Assembly: GCF_023055435.1 (NCBI RefSeq)
Contig: NW_025964235.1
Coordinates: 868,001-932,000 of the forward strand
From: Haliotis rufescens
Lineage: Eukaryota
Reading direction: 5' to 3'
DNA: 64,000 nucleotides
Shown here: in pieces, positions 54,630-64,000 of the stretch
Position numbering within the stretch: the first letter of the stretch is position 1
How the letters are laid out: the number at the start of each line of letters is the position of its first letter
Notes under the pieces: generated by a model
Told to the model about the DNA's origin: nothing
Database searches by the model: none
Seen by the model: only the letters and a program-made list of their open reading frames with translations
Made by a program: the position numbers and the translations under genes

Positions 54630-56648
54630 CAGGTAGACCGCAGACGGGGGGGGGGGGGGGAACTAATACTTCCAAGTAGGTCGTCATGACACAGGTATAC
54701 TCCAGACAGTGGGGACTATTACTTCCAAGTAGGTCGTCATGACACAGGTATACTCCAGAGAGGGGGGACTAATACTTCCAAGTAGGTCGTCTTGACACAG
54801 GTATACCCCAGACAGGAAGAAGGACTATTACTTCCAAGTAGGTCGTCATGTCACAGGTAGACCGCAGACAGTGGGGACTATTACTTCCAAGTAGGTCGTC
54901 ATGACACAGGTATACCCCAGACAGGAAGGACTATTATTTCCAAGTAGGTCGTCATGACAGAGATATACTCCAGACAGGGAGGACTATTACTTCCAAGTAG
55001 GTCGTCATGACACAGATATACTCCAGACAGTGGGGACTATTACTTCCAAGTGGGTCATCATGACACAGATATACTCCAGACAGAGGGGACTATTACTTCC
55101 AAGTAGGTCGTCATGACACAGATATACTCCAGACAGAGGGGACTATTACTTCCAAGTAGGTCATCATGACACAGGTATACTCCAGACAGGGGGGACTATT
55201 ACTTCCAAGTAGGTCATCATGACACAGATATACTCCAGACAGAGGGGACTATTACTTCCAAGTAGGTCGTCATGACACAGATATACTCCAGACAGAGGGG
55301 ACTATTACTTCCAAGTAGGTCATCATGACACAGGTATACTCCAGACAGGGGGGACTATTACTTCCAAGTAGGTCATCATGACACAGGTATACTCCAGACG
55401 GGAGGGGCTATTACTTCCAAGTAGGTCGTCATGTCACAGGTAGACCGCAGACAGTGGGGACTATTACTTCCAAGTAGGTCGTCATGACACAGGTATACCC
55501 CAGACAGGAAGGACTATTATTTCCAAGTAGGTCGTCATGACACAGGTATACCCCAGACAGGAAGGACTATTATTTCCAAGTAGGTCATCATGACACAGAT
55601 ATACTCCAGACAGAGGGGACTATTACTTCCAAGTAGGTCATCATGACACAGATATACTCCAGACAGAGGGGACTATTACTTCCAAGTAGGTCATCATGAC
55701 ACAGGTATACTCCAGACAGGGAGGACTATTACTTCCAAGTAGGTCATCATGACACAGATATACTCCAGACAGAGGGGACTATTACTTCCAAGTAGGTCGT
55801 CATGACACAGATATACTCCAGACAGAGGGGACTATTACTTCCAAGTAGGTCATCATGACACAGGTATACTCCAGACAGGGGGGACTATTACTTCCAAGTA
55901 GGTCATCATGACACAGGTATACTCCAGACGGGAGGGGCTATTACTTCCAAGTAGGTCGTCATGACACAGGTATACTCCAGACAGAGGGGACTATTACTTC
56001 CAAGTAGGTCGTCATGACACAGGTAGACCGCAGACAGTGGGGACTAATACTTCCAAGTAGGTCGTCATGACACAGGTATACTCCAGACGGGAGGGGCTAT
56101 TACTTCCAAGTAGGTCGTCATGACACAGGTATACTCCAGACAGAGGGGACTATTACTTCCAAGTAGGTCGTCATGACACAGGTAGACCGCAGACAGTGGG
56201 GACTAATACTTCCAAGTAGGTCGTCATGACACAGGTATACTCCAGACAGTGGGGACTAATACTTCCAAGTAGGTCGCCATGACACAGGTATACACCAGAC
56301 AGTTGGGACTCATACTTCCAAGTAGGTCGTCATGACACAGGTATACTCCAGACTGGGGGGACTATTACTTCCAAGTAGGTCATCATGACACAGGTATACT
56401 CCAGACAGGGAGCACTAATACTTCCAAGTAGGTCGTCATGACACAGGTAGACCCCAGACAGGGGGGGACTATTACTTCCAAGTAGGTCGCCATGACCCAG
56501 ATATACTCCAGACAGTGGGGACTAATACTTCCAAGTAGGTCGTCATGACACAGATATACTCCAGACAGTGGGGACTAATACTTCCAAGTAGGTCGTCATG
56601 ACCCACGTAGTCTTCACGGAGGTCAGGGTAGATTGTCATGACACAGGC
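54630..56648. repeat. About 53-bp minisatellite x about 37
   Basis: GGGGACTATTACTTCCAAGTAGGTCRTCATGACACAGRTATACTCCAGACAGA. Confidence 0.95.
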
Positions 56649-56933
56649 GACCATGTTAAATCAGCAGCCACTACGGCCTCCCAGTCCCCGTCCTCTCGAC
56701 GTCCAGTGGGAAAGCCATGCTGACCTATATCTTGCAGTGACACATGGCCCTGGGATTCATTTGTAATGCTGGCGTTTAACAAGACATGTGACATGTCTTG
56801 AGGTTTTGAGTCCCAGTCTGCAGTTGCACGTTATTTTAACGTACACCAACGTTTACGGGATCGGTATATCTGCCTCAATTTAACCCAAGATCGCCCGAGA
56901 AATGGTGGACCAAGAGTCACCAACCCTGCACAA

Positions 56934-57572
56934 GATGGCTACGTGTCTACCGACGTCGACATGAACGTTTTGCACCAAACTACGCAGAGATGGAAGACAG
57001 CGTGTCTACCAACGTCGACATGAACGTTTTGTACCGAACTGTGCCGAGATGGGAAACATTGTGTCTACCGACATCGACATGAATGTTTTACACCGAATTA
57101 CGCCGAGATGGGAGACAGCGTGTCTACCAACATCGACATGAACGTTTTGTACTGAACTGTGCCGAGATGGGAAACATTGTGTCTACCGACATCGACATGA
57201 ATGTTTTACACCGAATTACGCCGAGATGGGAGACAGCGTGTCTACCAACATCGACATGAACGTTTTGTACCGAACTGTGCCGAGATGGGAAACATTGTGT
57301 CTACCGACATCGACATGAATGTTTTACACCGAATTACGCCGAGATGGGAGACAGCGTGTCTACGGACGTTGACATGAACGTTTTGCACCGAACTGTGCCG
57401 AGATGGGAAACATCGTGTCTACCGACATCGACATGAATGTTTTACACCGAATTACGCCGAGATGGGAGACAGCGTGTCTACGGACGTTGACATGAACGTT
57501 TTGCACCGAACTGTGCCGAGATGGGAAACATCGTATCTACCGACGTCGAAATAAAAGTTTTGCACCGAACTG
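56934..57572. repeat. 59-bp tandem repeat (alternating A/B units) x about 11
   Basis: GTGTCTACC recurs at 56943, 57002, 57061, 57120 and onward. Confidence 0.92.
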
Positions 57573-57636
57573 CTTTGATCAGGTCCACAGATTCAGTGCC
57601 AGAAGTGTGATGGTGTGGGGTGCCATATCCTACACA

Positions 57637-58169
57637 CATCTTCCCGAGGCAAGGGAGTTAACTGACTTTAAAAGTCCAAATTCCACCTGAATGAGGCGGA
57701 AATTTCTGGGCTCGATCGTAGCGCCACCAGTGGCTATTCCAAGTTAGGTCCCTTCTTTGTCCCTCCTATTGACCAATCAGATTCTACCTATTATATCACT
57801 TGCATTTACTTCAAACAAAATGGCGATGCCCGCCAGGACGATCTGATCGATAATCAAGATCTATATCGTAATAAAACGGATCTTACTTCGCAAAGCCCAC
57901 CAAATCACATGAGCACCTTATTCAAAAACAGATTTTGAAAATATCTGTTGACGCCGAGTTGGCGGTACACCTACATTGCAAATCCTGCAATTGATCAAAA
58001 TCTGCAAGGTAGTTTATGAACCGTATGTCTAGTCCGCTAGGCGATTTTGATTGAACTATGCACAGACTCGTTAGTCCAGCCAAAATATAACTCCACAATT
58101 CCAGCCTAGTTCGGCAAGGGTGAAAACTGGACTTTTATAGTCAGTTAACTCCCTTGCCTCGGGAAGGCG
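57637..58169. mobile_element. MITE of the same family as 15821, inserted in Tc1 transposase
   Basis: TIR CATCTTCCCGAGGCAAGGGAGTTAACTGAC; 8-bp TSD CCTACACA; opposite orientation to the 15821 copy. Confidence 0.85.
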
Positions 58170-58544
58170 CCTACACACGGGGATCTGACTTGGTAGTGGT
58201 TCAGGGGAATCTGAAGGCAAATCGGTACATCGACTAAATTCTCGATTATCAACCGACAGAGGGAGTTGTTTCAACATGACACCGCTACACCACACACAGC
58301 TCGTGTAACTGTTGTCTTCCTTCAAAATATAAACGTCAGTGTGTTGCCATGGCCTTCCAGATCTCCGGATCTGAACCCGATTGAGCATCTGTGGGATGAA
58401 CTCAATAGACGTGTACGTCAACCTCAACATACGCCACAGACACTTGCACTACTTCAAGGGAGTTGCAGGAAGAATGGAGGAGAATTCCACAGGACAGCAT
58501 CCGCAGACTTATTCAGTCTGTGCCAAGCAGTGTAGAGCAGTGAT

Positions 58545-59410
58545 AACAAAATGTTTTCATTTCGTGTATTAAAGAATATACAAATCCTTGGTGATGTAAG
58601 TTACAAGTCATTCTTTAAGCTTTTAGAAGTTAAAATTTACCAACTTTTACTTTACGGTGCTGAAATATGGGGATTAAACAATTCAATGATAACGAAGAGG
58701 TTCACATGTATTCACGTAAAATATTTTTTGGTGTAAAAACCAACACATCTAGCGCAATGGTTTATGGCGAATGTATTCACAGGTAAAAGTTATTAAGTAC
58801 TGTCTGAAACTCCTTAAAATGGGTTCATCGAGAAACCAAAAGAAATGTTACAATGTGAAGATTTTATATGACACGAATAGAAAGCGGGTGAGTGAGTATG
58901 GTTTTACGCCGCTTTTAGCAATATTCCAGCAATATCACGGCGGGGGACACCAGAAATGGGCTTCACACATTGTACCCACGTCGGGAATCGAACCCGGGTC
59001 TTCGGCGTGACGAGCGATCGCTTTAACCACTAGGCTACCCGACCGCCCCACGAATGGAAAGAATAACTGGGTAACTGATGTGAAAAATATGATTATTCAA
59101 TAGCGGTTTTGGAAATGTTTGGGTTGAACAATCTGAAAGTGTATTCATCAGTTCTTTTCTACAGAGGCTAAACGATATTTATTTGCAATCGTGGTCTTTT
59201 CTGTTGACATTATCGAACACATGTTCGTGTTATAGAATGTTGAAAACTCATATATACTCGGAAAAAGTATCTGTTTTACGTAAAGATAAAGATATACAGT
59301 ATTTCATTAGCAAGATTTCGATGTTCATTCCATTATTTATTGTATGTCCATCGTACTCCACTGGGAGAACAAAATATAATCGGTATACTACTTTAATGAA
59401 ACAAATATTG
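58545..59410 (+). mobile_element. Degenerate LINE 3' fragment (post-RT region; clade uncertain)
   Basis: LLYGAEIWG, LGVK..TS..MVYGE and YCLKLL motifs spread across frames. Confidence 0.6.
58888..59049 (-). mobile_element. SINE family A, full length
   Basis: Near-identical to the 54087 copy; imperfect TSD ACGAAT(A/G)GAAAG; inserted in a LINE relic. Confidence 0.88.
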
Positions 59411-60566
59411 TGAAATTCCGGCAATTGTTGCACAGTCTAGATAAATTAATAAACCAAATTTATAAATAATTGTTAAAATTGCGTGAAACACCTCTGACAT
59501 ATGTACTATAGGCCTGTGGCCTCTTCAGTGCTTGGATGACGATTGACTGATTGATAACAGCACACAGTGGTCACACAAAGGGCTGGAGCTGCGGGAATAC
59601 TGCCCGACTTGAAGGGACAGTTACTTGTTGTTACTCTGAATCTTAATGCATGGATCTAAACATGAAACAGACGAGGCGGTCTCACTGGTCTCCCTTATAT
59701 CTAGTTGGGGGGGGGGGGGGCAATCAGTGGTAATTGACCATGTCGATATATCCGAAGGACCAAAATTGAAACTGCCCCCCACTGTGTTGCAAATAAATAT
59801 ATTTCTTGAACGTTTTTTCTTTACTTATAAAGCAGCACTTGTACACAGCAGACGTAATTCAAAATTAACTTATCGTTTTTTATTAGTTTCACTATGGAGT
59901 CACTGTGTTTTCTAGGTCTCCATGACTTGCTTGGTCAAAGGCCGCTGCCGCGTGGCAGGAGTACTGTTGTGCCGCCTCAGGCAATTATTTACTTTTTTTT
60001 ATGCAAATTGTGTGACTGGCGGGTGCACAGGTATGACAGGACATGGTTACACTGTTCGCGAACACCTGGTGTCATCACTGATTTTCAGTGGCCTAGTCAT
60101 ATAGTTTCACAGCTATTTTGACCTTTACCAGTCAGATCATGTGATTGTGCAGCACACAACGCTTCTTCTTTATTTGACCTACTTCCCTTCTAGCTGGGTC
60201 TCGGTACGATTAAGTAGAGTTGTGTAATCTAAACTCGGGTAGGAAGGCTGACAGGGCGAGGGCTGGTTGACACAAGAGCGTGACCCTTGGATCACTTCAC
60301 CAGGGTTGGCCTCCTTACATGGCTGCGGCATCCAACCGTTGTTCCTAAAGCGAGTGGACCAATGAAGCTGAAAACTTGCTACCATCAACAATGATACATC
60401 ATAGTACGGGCTGATTTGTACTTTCGTTGGCATTTTCTCACAAGTTTGAGATTTAGCTGAAAGGCTAGACCAGACCAAAAAAGCTGAAATTTCACATACT
60501 TATTCAAACCGTTAAAGCTGAATTTTGGCATATTTTACGATGACATCACATTTTGTTCAAATCATT

Positions 60567-60853
60567 AGTGAGTGAGTGAGTTGGGTTTAACGCAGCTATT
60601 AACATTATTCCAGTTATATCACGGCGTGTCAGCTTAATGTGGGAGGAAAGCCCGAAGTGATGCAGGTCTCAGACGTTTACTACTTCGGTGAAACCCACGA
60701 GCCGGGTATGGTGCTGGCAAACCTAGAAACATAATTGGGGCGAACCGGGATTCGATCCCACAATCATAGGTTTCTGGCGTGCCCAAGGGACGCAACTCTG
60801 CACAGCGAATCGCGGCGCCTTAGACGACTGGGCCACCCGTGCCCCCGTGCCCC
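60567..60853 (-). mobile_element. SINE family B
   Basis: Near-identical to the 49413 copy; imperfect TSD ending TCATTAG. Older relatives lie at about 12277-12480, 42860-43010 and 44240-44390. Confidence 0.85.
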
Positions 60854-62147
60854 CGTTTAAGTCATTAGGATTTAAGTGTTCTTTGTATGGCATTCTCATT
60901 AGAAGGTTTAACTACTATGCATTGCAACATGCTCTACAATAATACATTCATTTTCCCAGATTCACTGGAAATTCAGTTACTTGTTTATGTATCTAAATGT
61001 CTTTGTCTTCGGTATTTATGCAGAACATATTTGAACAGCAATGATGACTGCAGTTTTTGTTAAAGTGTCTGTTGAGTGAGTGAGTTAATATTTAACGTCA
61101 CACCGGCAGTATTTCAGCCATATCGTTACGAGAAGTTATACATTAAGAATACATACATTTATATTTATTTTAAAACTGTCATCGATGGACAGTAAAATAA
61201 CTACAATATCACAGATTAATATTTAAAACTAGCATACAACCAAAAAAAGATATCACTATATGTAACAGTGCAATATAAAAAGGGCTATAGGTCGTCAGCA
61301 GCTGAAGGTAGATCACCATGCTAGGAAAGTGTCTGTTGAATGTTGACTGTTGACTGTTGATCACATATCCAGGTGAGCTACAGTGCCGTGTTACTCTTTT
61401 TTTGTGCCTATTGCATCTTTTGAGCAATAGTTAATATTATACTGTAATTTAATACAGAAACAGGGCTAAATACAAGTTTTAATGTAAACATGCCAAACAA
61501 CAAAACAGTAAACTTATCGCCTTACATTACGAATATTAGATGTTCAAATGTGCATACCGAACTATCTGTCTGTAAATGAATGCATTTTTACTTTTCCAAA
61601 TTCATGAAGTCAACTTTGAAAAAGTAGGATGGTTATATTTAAAGGTTACTTATATAACCTGACTTTCAGGACCAAGTAAGGAAATAATATCAGGCAGCGA
61701 CAATTATTGTTTAATTCGCGAGTTCTATCGACATGTAACTTCGATCGGCCATTTTGAATGATAATTCTCGCGATATGTAACGAGACATTACGGTACCTGC
61801 GGCTTTGATATTCTGGCAACACCACTTTCATTTGCTTGGACCGCAAAATGCTTCGTGTCAAGTTACCAAACGTAAGTTATAGCTCATATTCAGCAGGCAA
61901 CTTCTTTTTTACCCTAGATCACTAATGTAACTTTATTAGCCCCAATAAAATGTCAATGGTAATAAATTCACACGTTGTAAATCGACGGCACACCTATCGT
62001 CTGCTTGTTTACTTTCCTGGTGTAAATGTCACATGACCTCGTCCAAATTTAAAACTATGGAAACAAGTATAAAGGGTCATTTCTTATAGAAAACTTAATG
62101 CTTGTTGAGAACTTCTGTCTTTGTAGTTTTTATGACATGAAAGATAA

Positions 62148-62345
62148 AGCTTGTCGTATGAGGCGACTAACGGGATCGGGTGGTCAGGCTCGCCGACTTG
62201 GTTGACGCATGTCATCGTATCCCAAATTGCGTGGATCGATGCTTATGATGTCATCACTGGTTTGTCTGGTCCAGACTCGATTATTTACAGACCGCCATCA
62301 TATAGCTGGAATATTGCTGAGTGCGGCGTAAAACAACAAACAAAC
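62148..62345 (+). mobile_element. Family C retroposon
   Basis: Well-conserved copy. Others lie at about 13855, 14395, 18108, 22780, 23710, 24765, 25950, 38275, 47953, 48340 and 48560. Confidence 0.8.
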
Positions 62346-62456
62346 AAGACAAACAATTCTTGCACATTACAAGCTGGAAATATCCTGATAGGCCACATCT
62401 GGAGACAATGTCAATATAGGCCAATGTTTTTATCTGTTTCAGTATTTTACAGATGG

Positions 62457-64000
62457 TTATTTCCTTTGGATATCATACACACATACACGATCCTTTCCCG
62501 CAACACATAGCAGACCCTTGTCAGTAGTAACAAGGCACTTGGGGTTTTTCAAGCCGTCAGATGTGGTTCTGTACTGTAGAACACTCTCACCACTTTTATT
62601 GTACGCACGCAGACCTCCCCAGATATAGTCAGCTACAAATATTGTTCCATCCTCTACCACACAAGTGCCATTTGGTTTCCAGCCAGGACTAGAGCCCCGC
62701 CATCTTAATCTTCCTTTGGCGGATAAAATGGTGACACTCCCGCTTCCCCATTCACTGAGGATGATGTCCGCTGACGGACTGAGCGACAGAGCCGCAAGGG
62801 GAAAATGTACCTGAAAGTAAACAAATGTTCGCTGAGTTCCATCCAAATTATAGAGATAAAGTCCTTTCACTCCAGGAATATTTCCCACAACATACCCAAC
62901 TCTCTCAGAAGCAGCAAGGCAATATGTGAAGCATTGACTTTCATCGGGTTTCTCTTTATCAACTTGGATCTTCTCCTTTAGACACCCAGATGCTGTTATC
63001 AACCAAAGACAGTTTCCACTGATGGCTCGTATCTCATCCCCAGCAGCAGAAACAGCAAATGGATTAAATCCCTCAAAGATGATTTCTCGCTGTAAGTCAC
63101 CACGAGTGTTCAGGACTTTAAGCTTCTTGTTGGCTCTATCTGAGAGTATCAGTCCGATCCTAGAGCTGTAGGTCATATCTTTGATGTCAGGTTTTTTCAT
63201 ATCATGTTTTGACTTCCCACTGAAGACACTTCTCAGTGCAGGTGTGGTGTATATGCTCTTCTGGGAAGTTCCATGAGTTAACACAACATCCGATGATTTG
63301 CCACCTTTTGGGGAACTTATCTGAGAAACAACTTGACAGTGCTTTTCTTGCTCAACCTGGTTTGGTCTAATCCCAGGCAGCAGGCTCTGTATTGTCTGTA
63401 GTCTCTCTATGATCACTGTTTCCAGCATCACCACTTCATAGTCCTTGCCCTTCTCTAGGATGCGCCCACAGAAGTCAACACAACTGCTTGCCACAGCTTT
63501 CTGGCACACAACCTTCTCCAACTTGCTCTCCTGTTCCTTTACTGCAAATTTCCAGTCATCATTAACTTTTTTCAATAACTCACATTTTCTGGCATTTATT
63601 ACAGCAATTTCTTGTTGAGCGTTATCTTCAATTAAACGTTTCTTTGCTTCCTTTTTCGCTTTGCCTGCTTTTACCAAGGACAATATATTCTGCTCTTGAA
63701 CCTTTATTGTTGTCATGTCTTCTCTAATGGTTTCCACCAAACACTTCATTGTTGATTGGAGCTGGTGTGCAGCTTCAGCTATTGGTTGAATGGTATGACC
63801 CTTGTGACCAATTACAACACATGATATGCAGGCCGGCTGACAGCACGATTGACAAAGGTACACCACATCTTTTTCCTTGTGGTGCTGGCAGGGAATCCTC
63901 TGCAACTGTCTAAGTTTTGCGTCATATTTCCCTTGTCTGATTTCTATCAGAGGTACTGTCTGGTGGTGGAGTGTTAGAGAGGAAGCAGTGTGCCCACCAG
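62457..64000 (-). CDS. TRIM-family protein (B-box, coiled coil, NHL beta-propeller), 5' end beyond window
   Basis: Uninterrupted ORF that continues to the window edge (GGHTASSLTLHHQTVPL...CQHHKEKDVVYLCQSCCQPACISCVVIGHKGH), followed by a coiled coil and NHL-like repeats (LILSDRANKKLKV, WKPNGTCVVEDGTIFVADY). Confidence 0.88.
   Translation of the reverse strand, partial: GGHTASSLTLHHQTVPLIEIRQGKYDAKLRQLQRIPCQHHKEKDVVYLCQSCCQPACISCVVIGHKGHTIQPIAEAAHQLQSTMKCLVETIREDMTTIKVQEQNILSLVKAGKAKKEAKKRLIEDNAQQEIAVINARKCELLKKVNDDWKFAVKEQESKLEKVVCQKAVASSCVDFCGRILEKGKDYEVVMLETVIIERLQTIQSLLPGIRPNQVEQEKHCQVVSQISSPKGGKSSDVVLTHGTSQKSIYTTPALRSVFSGKSKHDMKKPDIKDMTYSSRIGLILSDRANKKLKVLNTRGDLQREIIFEGFNPFAVSAAGDEIRAISGNCLWLITASGCLKEKIQVDKEKPDESQCFTYCLAASERVGYVVGNIPGVKGLYLYNLDGTQRTFVYFQVHFPLAALSLSPSADIILSEWGSGSVTILSAKGRLRWRGSSPGWKPNGTCVVEDGTIFVADYIWGGLRAYNKSGESVLQYRTTSDGLKNPKCLVTTDKGLLCVAGKDRVCVYDIQRK

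Larger units (their letters stand above)
56790..58545 (+). mobile_element. Tc1 transposon relic
   Basis: SQSAVARYFNVH..DRPRNGGPRVTNPAQD, DGRQRVYRR, SVMVWGAISY, FQHD..PHTAR and WPSRSPDLNPIEHLWDEL. It is interrupted by a satellite and a MITE. Confidence 0.88.

Overview
This is intron-rich, repeat-rich animal DNA, most likely from a mollusc (gastropod such as abalone is inferred from gene and repeat content, not proven). Four spliced genes can be rebuilt exon by exon with GT-AG junctions and continuous reading frames. They are a 10-exon YeeE/YedE (TsuA-type) sulfur-compound transporter (+, 1657-8564), GPATCH2 (-, 14867-19205), a TEX43/SPMIP10-like gene sharing a compact head-to-head promoter with it (+, 20846-24162), and TMX1 (+, 33325-41696). 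At the right end are two tandem TRIM-NHL paralogues on the - strand: one frameshifted (51530-53646) and one open that runs off the window (62457->64000). The rest holds three SINE families with a shared 3' tail, several MITE families, and relics of an L1/Tx1 LINE, a DIRS element, Tc1 and a second LINE, plus many minisatellites. Most notable are: (i) Penelope-like inverted repeats carrying variant minimal hammerhead ribozymes in introns; (ii) a TSD-bounded, 5'-inverted (twin-primed) L1/Tx1 insertion in an invertebrate; (iii) a 44-bp minisatellite that repeats the TMX1 exon-7 splice donor about 21 times, with a related 53-bp array 13 kb away; (iv) a satellite amplified from Tc1 transposase coding sequence; and (v) substitutions in the Cys motifs of the animal YeeE protein. 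Most long ORFs in the supplied track are tandem-repeat artefacts.
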